This document shows, piece by piece, positions 39,190-51,886 of a stretch of 64,000 nt of DNA. The notes under the pieces are model-generated. The model worked only from the letters and a program-made list of their open reading frames with translations. It was not told the origin of the DNA and made no database searches. Origin of the DNA: Dendrobates tinctorius. Lineage: Eukaryota. The stretch's first letter is position 1, and every line of letters begins with the position of its first letter. The stretch is from the NCBI RefSeq assembly GCF_039654945.1, contig NW_027361797.1, positions 22,568,001 through 22,632,000 on the forward strand, written 5' to 3'. The position numbers and the translations under genes were made by a program.

Positions 39190-40679
39190 TTTCTCTTTCC
39201 CCCATGATGGCACCACGGAGAGAGGGGATCCGCCCTATGGGGACAGGAAACCTACAGATAAAAAGGCGGTACCACTCTCCCGCATCAGTTGGTTTCCTGT
39301 CCCCATAGGGAACCCACAGACTCAAGAAATCTCCCTCCCCTCCTTTTGCCCCAATCCCAAAAACAAGGGAGAAGAAACTCTACACACATTAGATGTTAGG
39401 AGATGCCTAATTGAATACCTAGCGGCCACCAGGGAGTGTAGGAAGGATAGGTCTCTTTTTGTGTGCTTCCAGGGGCCAAGAAAGGGGCGAAAGGCAGCAA
39501 AGAGAACACTGGCGAGGTGGATAAGAGACGCCATCACCTTGTCTTACTCGTCACAGGGTGCAGACATCCCAGACAGAATAACAGCCCTGTGATGGTGTGA
39601 TATGCTATGTGGATGTCATTTTGTGTATATTTCTATTTCACTTGTTTTCATAGTGTTTTTCTTGATACCCTGTGGGTCTACAGCCTGACTGTCTCTTGAT
39701 GACCCCCTGTAATGCATTAATCCCCAAGGCTCCTTTGTTCTCCTATGGGAGGCCTGGAAACCGTCCCAACCTGTTTGACAACCCCTGGACACAAGGAAGG
39801 GGGTGGGGACAACAGGAGCTGGGCAAGTCAGTTCCTGTTTGTAGTGGATCGTGTAAAGACTGCACTTCAGAGAGAAGGACCCATTTTTATCGTCTGGGGC
39901 TAGTTTTGGAATCTCGTCTCCCTGGACATTTTATCCTGTTACTGGACTACATTCTTGTTCTGGACTATTGTAACCTCAGTGTGGTGGATTGTTTATGGAC
40001 CTTCTAATTTTGCCTGTAATAAAGGTCTTGGGATTGTTCACCCTTCCCTCACTCTGTTGATTGTGTGGTATTGGAGAAGGACCCCGTGACAAGCCCATTC
40101 TACAAGAGCGGTGTCAACTTCCTGGGCAGAGAGGTCAGGCGTCTCCATTGAGCAGATATGTAGAGCCGCAACTTGGTCCTCTCTTTCAACTTTCTTCAAC
40201 CCCTATCGGCTGGACCTAGCCACCTCCTCAGATCTAACCTTTGGTAGAAGGGTGCTGGAGGCAGTGGTCCCCCCTAATTGATAGTCTCTGCAATTCTCTC
40301 CGTGGTGCCATCATGGGGGAAAGAGAAAAGTGTAGTTACTTACCTTTAACAGTATTTCTCTGAGCCCATGATGGCACCCGTATATTCCCTCCCTACACGC
40401 GTGGGGTGCGCCCTTATTTTAAATACAAGTTTAGTCAAATAGTCACGTGGTGTCTCCTCTATGCAGTTTAATAATGATAGAAATTTTTTCCTTTTCTTAA
40501 AGTTGTTGTGTTAATATTAGGCTGAAGTTCCATTAATGCTCTGTAAAACAACTGATGCGGGAGAGAGGTACCGCCTTTTTTATCTGTAGGTTTCCTTTCC
40601 CCGTGGGGCGGATCCCCTCTCTCCGTGGTGCCGTCATGGGATCAGAGAAATACCGTTAACGGTAAATAACTACGCTTTT
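39190..40679 (+). mobile_element. Internally deleted DIRS element (ITRs, ICR and YR C-terminus only)
   Basis: Left ITR about 39190-39307, ICR about 40297-40380, right ITR about 40545-40679, TTT ends. YR remnant LPSFCP...LDVRRCL...ITA|HSTRAVSTSWA...ICRAATWSS. Confidence 0.92.
39588..40091 (+). mobile_element. Solo LTR (504 bp)
   Basis: TGTGATGG...CCGTGACA termini, 5-bp TSD AGCCC (39583-39587 and 40092-40096), AATAAA at 40018-40023. Confidence 0.92.
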
Positions 40680-40791
40680 TGAACAGCTGACATGTGCCGC
40701 AATAGCCGTGGGTGGAATAACGATCCACCCGCGCCTATTAAATAGTTAAATGCCACTGTCAAACTCTGACAGCGGCATTTAACAAGCGCTT

Positions 40792-42361
40792 GAAAACACA
40801 TATAGAAAAAAGTATATGCACACAAATAGGGATCACCACAAGGATATGATAATCAAAAAGTATCAATTTTATTAATGGACACAACAAACAGACACTTTGT
40901 TTAAAAACAATTAAAACGTCTGAACAACCAGACACTGATAACAAAACAAAGACAATGGGTCATTTTGATAAATAGTTAAATACTATGGGTCCCAAGGCCA
41001 ACCATTCAGTATAAGGCTGAGTTCACACGTTGCATTTTTTTCGCGTTTCCGCGGCGGTTTTAACCGCGCGATTTTGCCGCGAAAACGCGAAAAATAAGCA
41101 TCCCATGCATTCCTATGGGATTCCGCAATGCTGTGCTAATGCTGCGGTTTTTACCGCGGCGGAATCGCTTCGCGGTAAAAAACGCAGCATGCTCATTAAT
41201 TTGCGGAATCGCGGCGATCCCGCACCCATAGGAATGCATTGTTCCGCTTATTTCCCGCATGTGGCTGTGCACAACATGCGGAAAGTAAGCAGAACATTTG
41301 CGGATGGTACCCACGGTCCGGAGGAGAGGAGACTGTCCTCCGGGCTTTGGGTACCATATCCCTGTAAAAAATAGAATTTAAAATAAAAAATATTGTTATT
41401 CTCACCCTCCGGCGTCCCGCGCAGCCTTCCCGCTCCGGTCCCAGTAGTCCTTTGCGAAAATGCTCGCGATGACGTCCGTTCTCGCGGGATCGCGAAGTCT
41501 CGCGGTCATTCGCGCGACGTCATCGCGAATTACCGCGAGACGTCGCGATCCCGTGAGAACTGACGTCATTGCGGGCATTTTCGCAAAGGATTACTGGGAA
41601 CGGATGCGCGGGACGTCGGAGGGTGAGAATAACACCGTTTTTTATTTTTTTTTACATTCTATCTTTTACTACTGATGCTGCATAGGCGGCCTCAGTAGTA
41701 AAAAGTTGGTCACACTCGTCAAACACTATGTTTGACGAGTGTGACCAACCTGTCAATCGGTTCTCCAAGCGATGCTACAGATCGCTTGGAAAACGCTAGC
41801 ATTTTGCAAGCTAATTACGCTTGCAAAATGCTAGTTTTTCCGCGGGAAAATCGCGGGAATTTAAAATGCGATTTTCCCGTGGACTGGAATTCCGGAATTC
41901 TCGCGGTAATTTCCGCGAGAGTTCCGATACGTGTGCACTTAGCCTAATGCCAGGTATCTGCTAGTTACCATAACCTAGGGTCTATCAAATCAATTGTAAT
42001 GACAATCATGACCTTGGATCAAAAATACCATATTATCAATAACTACTATGGTTACATAGAGATTCTACATATGCCATAAATAGACCTTGAGAAAGACACA
42101 TCACTGTGTCGATACGCGTGGGTTTGGGGGTCCCATGTAACCTACCCGGTAGCTTGTTCATCCTCAGAAACCAGTGTCTGTTTGTTGTGTCCATTAATAA
42201 AATTGATACTTTTTGATTATCATATCCTTGTGGTGATCCCTATTTGTGTGCATATACTTTTTTTCTATATGTGTTTTCATGTCAATCCATTTATATGCAC
42301 TAGGTGATCCCACCTAAATTGACATTGTGGATGGTGCCCGTTTATTGTATATCTTGTCAGA
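40792..42361 (+). mobile_element. Non-coding PLE-type fold-back insertion containing a Harbinger MITE
   Basis: 16-bp TSD CATTTAACAAGCGCTT (40776-40791 and 42362-42377); ~105-bp arms at 40791-40896 and 42173-42279; hammerhead-like CTTGAGAAA-GACACA(TCAC)TGTGTC-GATA-CGCGT at about 42086-42119. Confidence 0.82.
41015..41944 (+). mobile_element. Complete PIF/Harbinger-like MITE (930 bp)
   Basis: TAA TSD; TIR GGCTGAGTTCACACGT / ACGTGTGCACTTAGCC; internal CpG-rich palindrome at 41395-41632. Confidence 0.92.
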
Positions 42362-45300
42362 CATTTAACAAGCGCTTCCAGCTATCTGGCCGGAAATGCG
42401 CTCACCGCTGACCCCCGTCACGTGATCGGGGGTCATCAGTTCGTCGGCATAACAACCAGAGGTCTCCTGGAGACTTCTATGGTTGTTGAAGTCAAATTGC
42501 TATGAGCACCACCCGGTGGTCATCGCTCATGGCAATGCTGTAATTCTGCTACATAGTCGCTCTGAGCATCGCCTCTATGTAGCAGAAGCCGATCAAGTTG
42601 TGGCAGTTTCTAGTCTCCAATGGAGACTATTGGAGCATGCCAAAACTTAAAGAAAAATAGTTTTAAAAATATATAAAAAAAAATATATATATAAGTTTAA
42701 ATCGCCCCCTTTCTCCCCATTCAAAATAAAACCATAAAAAAAAAAATAGCACATACACACATTAGGTATCGCCGCGTTCAGAATCGGCCGATCTATCAAT
42801 AAAAAAAAAGGTTTAACCTGATCGCTAAACGAGAAAAAAAATCGAAACTCCAGAATTAAGTTTATTTTGGTGTCCATGACATTGCATTGCATTAAAATGC
42901 AATAACGTGCGATCAAAAGAACATATCTGCACAAATGTGGTATCATTAAAAATGACAGCTCGGCAGACAAAAAATAAGCCTTCAGCCAACCCGAGATCAC
43001 GAAAAATGGAGACGCTGTGGGTCTCGGAAAATGGCACTTTTTTTTTTTTTTAGCAAACTTTAGAATTTTTTTTCACCACTTAGATAAAAAAGTACCTAGA
43101 CATTTTTGGTGTCTATGAACTCGTAATAACCTCGAGAATCATAATGGCAAGTCAGTTTTAGCATTTAGTGAATCTAGCAAAAAAGCCGAACTAAAAACAA
43201 GTGTGGTATTGTACTTTTTTTGCAGTTTCACCGCACTTGGAATTTTTTTCCCATTTTTGAGTACACGACATGGTAAAACCAATGGAGTCATTCAAAAGTA
43301 CAACTTATCCCACAAAAAATAAGCCCTCACATGGCCATATTGATGGAAAAATTACAAAAGTTATGGCTCTGGGATGAAGGGGAGCGAAAAACGAAAATGC
43401 AAAACCGAGAAAAGGGGTTAAAAGGTCCCTTAGTCTGTTTCAGTAGGCTCCACAATCATGGGGAAGAGTTCTGACTTGACAGATGTCCAGAAGGAAGTCA
43501 TTGACACACTCCACAAGGATGGTAATCCGCAAAAGGTAATTGCTAAAGAAGCTTGCTGTTCAGAGTGCTGTATGCAAGCATATTAATGGAATGTTGAGTG
43601 GAAGGAAAAATGTGGTATTAAAAGGTGCTCAAGCAACCGGGATAACCCCAGCCTTGAAAGGATTAAGAAAAGGTCATTCAAAAAATTTTGGGGAGAATCA
43701 CAAGGAGTGGACTACTGCTGAAGTCATTGCTTCAAGAGCCTCCACACACAGATATATCCAGGACATGAGATACAAGTGTCGCATTTCTTATGTCAAGATA
43801 TTCATGACCGATGGACAATGCCAGAAGTGTCTTACCTGGGCCAATTGTCTAACCTGGACTGTTGCTCAGTGGTCCAAGGTGTTTTCAGATGAAAGTAAAT
43901 TTTGCATTTCATTTGGAAATCAAGGTCCCAGAGTCTGGAGGAAGTGTGGAGAGGCCACAATCCAAGCTGCTTGATGTCTAGTGTGAAATTTCCACAATCA
44001 GTGATGGTTTAGGGAACCATGTCATCTGCTGGTGTAGGTCCACTGTGTTTTATCAAGACTAAAGTCAGCTCAGCCGTCTACCAACAAAATTTAGAACACT
44101 TCATGCTTCCCTCTGCCGACACCTTTTTTGGAAATGTAAATTTAATTCTCCAGCAGGACTTACCACCTGTCCACAATACCAAAAGTACCAATGACTGGTT
44201 TAAAGACAACAGTATCACTGTGCTTGATTGGCCAGCAAGCTCACCAGACCTTAACCCCATTGAGAATCTATGGGGTATTGTCAAGATGAAGATGAGAGAC
44301 ACCAGACCCAACAATGCAGACGAGCTGAAGGCTGCTATCAATGCAACCTGGGCTTCCATAACACCTCAGTAGTTCCACAGGCTGATCTCCTCCATGCCAT
44401 GCCGCATGGATGCAGTAATTGATGCCAAGGGAGCCCCAAACAATTATTGGGGACATTTACTAAACATACATTTCAGTAGGCCAACATTTTGGATTTTAAA
44501 ATCATTTTTTCAAGCTGATGTTATAAAGTATTCTAATTTACTGAGATAAAGACTTTTGGGTTTTCAATGGCTGTAAGCCATAATCAAGAACATTAACAGA
44601 AATAAACACTTGAAATAGATCACTCCGTTTGCAATGATTCTATCTAATATACAGTATGAGTTTCACCTTTTGTGTTGAAGAACTGAAATAAATTAACCTT
44701 TTGATGATATTCTAATTTTGTGAGAAGCACCTGTATGTAAACGAGGAATAATGAAGCATACGTGAAGCAAACCAGAATGTGTTCAACCTTGGATTCCTCA
44801 AAGTACCCCCTTTTATTCTGCTGACAGTTTTACACCCCAGTGGATTCCTCTTCAGCAGCTTCCATCAGGTAGCCTGCTTGAATGGCTTTCCAACAATGAA
44901 GGCGTTCCCAGAGATGCTGAGCACTTTTTGACTGATTTGCCTTCACTTTTACTTCCAACTCCTCTAAAACCATCTTAATAGGCATGAGGTAAGGTGATTG
45001 CTGTGTCAGATGACTTGGCCTCCACAATCTATTCCTCTCCTTTTGGATCACATAGCCGTTACATAACCTGGAGGTGTTGTGGGTCATTGTCCAATTGCAA
45101 CACAAATGATCGGCCCACGAAGCACGGACTTGATGAGATGACATGTCGTTGCTGAATTCTCTGGTATCCATGCTGGATAAGTGTGCCTTTAATTTGGAAT
45201 AAATCCCCAATAATATCAATGGCAAAGGACCATCACACCTCCCCCTCTAGCTTCCCAGTGGGCACCACACATATAGAAATCATCTGTTTACCTTTTCTGC

Positions 45301-48300
45301 ATCTCAGAAAGTCATGGAATTTGGTTTTAAAAATCTCGAATTTTGATTCATTAGAACACAGTACAAATTTACGGTGCCATAATGTCCAGTGTTGCTTGGC
45401 TCCTCTTCTTGTCCTCGCTAATTTCATTCAGCAATTCAGCTAAATAATGCTTACTTTATGCACTGTCTTCTGGACAGTCAATATTGAGATATGTCTGCTA
45501 CATTTATGAGGGATGTTATTCGAGATGTCAATGTTTTTTCTGAAGCTGACTGTTATTATGCACCTGTCCCTGGTATAGCAGGCTCAGCTTCGTTCCCCTG
45601 GGTCTGCTGCTTCTCCTGTGCTACACATTGAGTATTGAAAGACTCTTGGCATGACGTGATGACATCATCTCCCTAGTCCTATTAAATGTGCACTAAGACA
45701 CACACCTAAGTCTTAGGATTAAAATTTTAGTGTCCTGTGTTTGCTGTATTCGACCATTTATGTTTCAACTTGCAATTTCTCTGTTCCTGTATAACTTTAG
45801 CTCAGCAGGCTAATCCTTGTTCTGCCATGTCTGGATCAACCAATGGTTGTTGTAAACATGTAAACTACTGTTTGACTCTGTTCTTATTGCATGCATCCTT
45901 GCTGGGTTCCACTTCATCCATACTATTGGCCCTGAGTGCGCCAAGTCCTTGTTCCCATAAAAGTCTTACTGCTTGCTGCACCAACAGCCAGTGTCTTTGT
46001 GCCCACCTAGACTTGAGGTTTCGTTAATTACATTTCACTAGGTGAGACTAATAATGGTAACGCTGATGAACTTATCCTCTGCAGCAAAGCTGATTTTTGG
46101 TTTTCCTTTCTTGCAGTGGTACTCAATAAGAGCCAGTTTAATCATAGCGATTAATGGTTTTCATAACTGTATTTGAAAATACCTTCAAGGTGCTAGCAAT
46201 TTTTTGTATTAACTGGCTTTTAGGTCATAAAATATTTTATGGAATTGTGTACCAACACTGGCTTTGCAAAATACACCTGATGATTGCAAACCCTTTCTGA
46301 AGGCCAGTGATTCCACCAATAAACTCTTGTTGAAGTATTTATTCTTTGGAAGCCATTCAAGGTGACTACATGCAGCAGTATGAGAGAATGCCATTGCGGT
46401 GTGAAATCTATCATCAGAGTAAATAGGGAGTATTTTGAGGAATCCCAAGATTTAGCACATTAGGATATGTTCACACATTCCTGTGTGAAAAAACCCCGAA
46501 AGGTTTTAAAGTGGCAACATGAGGTTTGTTTTTTTTTTTTTTAATCCTTGCTTTTCACACCCCTTGTCTACATATGTGTTCAGTCTGATTCTTCGATGTG
46601 CACATTCCAATTCGAACAACAAAACCATTGCGACAGGTACTGTACATGCTGCCAGCTCAGCTAAAATTGTTTGTAAATTCTTGTGCTTCCCATGAAATTA
46701 CAATTCCTTGCATTGTATGCTTTCTTTTCATTTCTCCTGAACAAATAATTTTACAGCTGGTTCTTACCATTCCCTTTGTGATTCATGCTCCTATAAAAAT
46801 ACTTTATCAGACTTCACAGTAATGGATTATGGGTTTATAGATTCCTAGAAAGAAAATACTAAGAAAAGATGCTTCAGAATTGTTATCGTTGTATAGACCA
46901 AGGTCCATAAAGTTCAACCTTTATCCACCAATTGTACATGTTTATTCCTCGGAGAATACAGGTATTTAAATAGGTTGTCCAATATTTGGACAACTCCTCC
47001 TCATTCTTCATGTTTGGCCCCATTTAAAATAAAAATACCTATACTTGCCTCCTGTGGCATCGCTGTTCCAGCAGTGTCGGCACACATTCATGTGGGGGTT
47101 TTTTCACACGAGCCCTGTGCTCAAACAGTTCTGATGTCAACGTCCCTGCTTCCGGACAAATCGAACATGAAGAGGAAGTCAGAGAGCAGCCACATCCCTG
47201 GCTTCCTGTTGATATTCACTACGTCCGAAGGTGGGAACAGTGAAGTGAAAGGCTCGCATGACATTGCAACCTCACGTGAGCTCCTGGACCACCAGTGCCA
47301 ACACTGCTGGAACGTCGCCGGCAACTAGGGTGAGTATAGGTGTTTTTATTTTAACAGGGACAAACATGAGAAAAGAGAACGGGTTGTCCAAATAGTGAAA
47401 AACCCTTTTAACTCTGATCTCAGAGGTTTCAGCAATGGCACATCTTATTTTTCAAAAGACTCTTCCAATTAAAGGAGTTTGTCCAAAGTGTAATTGTACA
47501 GACTTGGTGCAGGCCACTTTTTGCAGCAGAATTGCAGGCACTCCATTGTATTGAATTTTTTACCCTTTACTGGGGTCTCAAATTTTTTTGGGTGTAGCTC
47601 CAAATTTACCTCTATAGATAATGGAGTGGGCTGCATAGAATAATCAAACAAAACTCTAAACTATATGACAAAATCTGAATCCAAGAGTAAATTCTTGGAA
47701 AATCAAGTCAAAATCCAAGAAAGGCAGAACCTTTTGAGGCAAAGGGTCAAACAGTCCAAAGTCAAAAGCAGAGCTCAAGTAAAAGGGGTTAGTCTAGTCA
47801 AAATAGCATGGCCCGAAGATAGAATTCAATAAGTGCACTAGGGATAATTATTATACATTCATTGGCACAGCGTTATAGACCTAGGAAATTTATAAAAGCA
47901 GGCTGGGGTGGCCATAACCATCCATGCTATCTGGGCAGCCTCACATGGGCCCAAGAGTTAAGGGGCCATTATCACCTCCAAAGCAAATGGAATTGTGCAT
48001 TATGGACTGCCAAGGACCCTTATATTGTTGTTGCACATGGGCCACCTTCTGCCTGTGTGCCCTGACCTGGTCTACTGACTGGTCGATAAGTTGGAGCTTT
48101 ACATTGGCTAGACTGCTTGGATCCCTGAATGGGCTGGGCAGCCAAGCCTCCTGTGCATGTGGTGCCCAGAATCTCTGCCAGCAATGCCGCAAAGACTTGG
48201 GTGGTGCCTGGCAGAGGAATTCATTGCGTGAGTCCTGCAAGGTAAGCATGTCACCGCGGGGTAATCAAACCCACATCTCTAACACTGATTTGTGGCCTCC

Positions 48301-49577
48301 TGGAAAAGCTCTTCTAACAGTGATAGAACATGTTGTTTAGTGGTGTTTTGTAACTTATTATTTAGCAACTTTCCAGGTAAGAATCAACCTCTGTATCTTT
48401 TCTAAATTCACGTAAAATCGATAGCGAGATTATACAAAACTCTCTTCCTGCATTATTTCCACAAAGTGTGTGACTGTGCCGATGGGTTACCTGACAAAAT
48501 ACGCCGAGAGCACTGACTAGAGAGGTGCAAAGTGAAAATCTGGTTTTATCTGTGTGTTTTTCTGTTCAGTTCCTGGAAACCCCTCCCTTCTACTGTATAT
48601 AAGAAGGTCAGTTACTTTAAAGGGAGCAGAAAAGATTATATTGTGGTTTCCGCTTGAGAACTTTCTCTTTCATTACATGTTAAATCAGAAACACATGTCG
48701 AGAAGTGAGAAGAACAAATGACTTATTTCTCTGCAGCAGGCATGCTATGTGGTTTATGGCGCCTATCAAAATCACAACTATATGTGCAGGCTTATGGAAA
48801 AGTTGGCCTGGGCAAATTCCATTTCCTGTTAATGAAATTGTAGCATGATTAAATCCAACATTTTATTTTGCTAGCTCATGCAAAACACAAACATTTTCGA
48901 TTGGATTAATACAAGAAATCTTCCTGTGTCAAGATACTGTTGTTACACACTTGTCACAGCGCCTCCTGCTGTTCTTTTCATTCCTTCTCTGAACATCCAC
49001 CTAATCTGTCCACTGACTGTGGGCACTCCGGCGCAGAGAATTCCTGATATTGGCCAGCCAGCAAATAAAAATTTTTGCAACACAAGCCTCTTATCACCAT
49101 CATTAGTTGCTGCAACACACAAAAAAGATATGCAAATTGCCTGTTCAGAGAGGGAGAGGACTTGAACTCTAGTGCCACCTATTGGAAGTAGAAATCCTAA
49201 AAGTCAATATTGACCCTTTAACAAGTCTTGTCTCATTACTTAGAGTGTCTGGTTTGCGTTTTATGCTATTTGTATACTCGTGTTTCAAGTTGTTTGCTCC
49301 TCATCAGTGCAATGCAAGAAGTCTGATTTGGCTGGATGACAGGCCTCTGACTAGGACCCAAGGGGCCAGTATCCCTGTGGAGAGTCACATCCCGATGTCT
49401 TAGATCCCCGTTAAAGGGATTTATACAAATATTTTCTAGTTTTGCAGTACAATTTGTTATAACTATTCAATGTAATATCAACAAATCTGTTAGTGAAAAA
49501 TTTTTTCTTAACCTGGAAACTTAGGAAAAATTGATGGCATCCCTTATAGCAATTCCGAAAAAACCCATACACTTTAA

Positions 49578-49949
49578 AGGGAACCTGTCACTAGATACAT
49601 GGTGCCTAAACAGGCAACATGAATCAGAGACTGACTGCATTATTGCAACCAGGTATATTTGTTTTTGAAGTGCTCCAACGTTTTAGAGAAAATATAGTTC
49701 GAATATCTGGTTGGGAACCAAAGCCAGAGATAAGACTATAGGAGAGATTTGGCGTAGCGCTGGGATGAGCCAGCCAGGAGTGGTGCTTGACTAATCTCGT
49801 GTCCTTGTTATAGTCTCGAGCCGGATCTTCTAACTTTTTTTTTCTCTGAAATGCCAGAACATTTCTGAGAAATATATACGTAGCCGCAATTGTGCAGCCA
49901 TTAATGCTGCCCATGATTTGGGCAGCATGAATCAAGTGACTGGTTCCCT
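49578..49949. mobile_element. TTAA-type (T2/Kolobok-like) MITE
   Basis: TTAA-AGGGAACCTGTCACT...AGTGACTGGTTCCCT-TTAA. Confidence 0.8.
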
Positions 49950-51886
49950 TTAACATTTTTATTAACAGATGATAGCTGGCATCCATCTCATGATGTGTCT
50001 GGTGTAAATGAGTGCTATTAGTAGGGGATACAGTTTAAAAGCAGTGACCAGGTTCTAACGAAAATATATAAAAAGAGAAGTTAGGAAAAGTTGTATTCGT
50101 GAATGTCATAGGTCTGACTGAAAAGCTTTGCTTTTAGGAAATGCTAAAAATGACACAACAGTCTTGCTTCCATCCCCACCATTCCACCAAAACTGCCCTA
50201 ACCAAAATTACTAACAACTTACCGCCAAAGCAGACAGGCAGTTCTCTATACTCCTCCTTCTAGACTTTATAGCTGGTTGGTGTGGAACCACTGTGCCACT
50301 GGCTGGGCTTACCCTGAAGGGGCGTAACTAACCGACCACCTGGTTTTCGCTAGAGACTAGAGACTCGGATGGGTGGGGTTAGGCTTGGTCACAGGTAGTC
50401 GCCAGGTACCACTCCTGGGCAGTCCCCGGGTCTGCTGCAGCTGACTGGAGGGTTAGAGATGTGGTATAGGAGGGTTAGAGATGTGGTATAGGAGGGCAAA
50501 GAGAAAGCATGGTGAAACAGTCCAAGATCGGGGCATTCAGGGCGCTGAGGATACATGCTAGTTGCCACAGTTATAGTACTTGAAATCATATATTAAACCA
50601 CAATCTTCTTTTGGGCTCAACATCTTGGGTGCTTGTGTTGAGAGCAGGTCCTTGTTCTTATTTTTTCAAGGCTTCCTGTAAACTTCATCTTAGCTCACTG
50701 ATTCAGTGTTGGGAAGCGGCTTAAATTGCTTACTCAGATCAAGTTATAGACCATGAATCTAGTCACTTTGTTCCAGAAGATTAAACATATTTTAATTTAT
50801 TCTGTGTTTTACCGTAAAGTGCTTTTCAATGACACACAAAATTGAATCTGAAAATCGGGGAAAACAAATCCTAATGTTTCTGAAAGTACTGGAAAATCGA
50901 CTGTTCCAGAAACTGTGGCTAATTTTTACTTCTGTCAAAGCACAATTGGCCAGCTATTGAATTAACTAAGACCAGGGGCCGTTAGTGAAGAGTTATCTGA
51001 TTTGTCTTTTCCGATACAAAGCACTTGGTAGCGTACCTAATATATAGACATACCGCGGCTCTACACGTAGGGCAATATATAGAAGGGTTTTTTTGTAATT
51101 TCTTGTAATAACACAATTCTAATTTATTTTTTTTCTAAAAACTGGTGTAATAAATGAAATGATTTAGGTGAGATATCTTTTGTTTTTGATTCATAATTTC
51201 CTCTCAAAATCAAAGGAAATTACGGGAACCAGAGTAGCACAGGCCAATTTAAATGGGGTTGTCCACTATTTGGACAAGTTCTTCTCAAGTACTATATTCC
51301 CCAATACAATAACAATTGCAATAAAAGAAAAATGACAGAAATTCACTCTTATACCGGTGCCATTCCAGCTATGTCGATGCCCGAGAGATACTAAGGATAT
51401 CCTGAAAACTTGACCTGTTGGTGGGTCTTGAGGACTGGAGTTGAGAAACACTGCGTTAGAGACCGTGTGTGAAGATGCTTCATGTTATAAATGAAACGTT
51501 CGTGAAGTTACGCACCCGCTATCTATCGCACGTTATTCCCACCAAGTTACGGTTCGTTATTGTTGACTGGTGGTCTCCCTCATTGAACTTCTAAACATCT
51601 GGAACTGGCTAGCCAAAGTCATCAGCATCATGTAGCCTGCAATGGTGTAGCGCCCCTGTAGACAACTTCCACACACTCATCCAGAACACCTATCTTCATA
51701 TAGCGTGCCAAGGTGTGAAAGAAGAGTACCTTGCCCACATGGGGCTATGGCCCAACACCACGTTACACCATTGACGGACATTTTGTCATCAGCTTATTGG
51801 CAAGAGATCCTTATAACAACTAGAGATTGTCCACAATAGTGAACCAATTTAAGGCCCAAAATCGCTGGGTCTTTTTGTGACTTTAA

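Larger units (their letters stand above)
39106..43417 (+). mobile_element. Non-autonomous piggyBac-like element with two nested insertions
   Basis: TTAA-CCCCTTT...AAAGGGG-TTAA (39102-39105 and 43418-43421); the Tc1 sequence is continuous across it. Confidence 0.85.
38870..44733 (+). mobile_element. Tc1 (DD34E) transposon with ~200 bp TIRs, degenerate transposase at about 43458-44450
   Basis: TA-CAGGTGCTTCTCACAAAATTAGAATATCATC...GATGATATTCTAATTTTGTGAGAAGCACCTG-TA; motifs FSDESKF, QQD and [12 protein letters not shown]. Confidence 0.94.
38755..46240 (-). mobile_element. Old degenerate Tc1 element (outermost layer of the nested stack; distal boundary approximate)
   Basis: TA-CAATACTGGTCAAAAGTTTGG terminus; remnant peptides in ORFs 44830..45225(-) and 45233..45427(-) (VLCSNESKFEIF, QSPYLMPIKMVLEEL). 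Confidence 0.7.

Noticed and set aside
47862-48340. ORFs of 138 aa (+) and 102 aa (-) as a nested gene
   Set aside because: No recognisable domain or convincing exon structure; the flanking CLEC16A exons join in frame without extra sequence.
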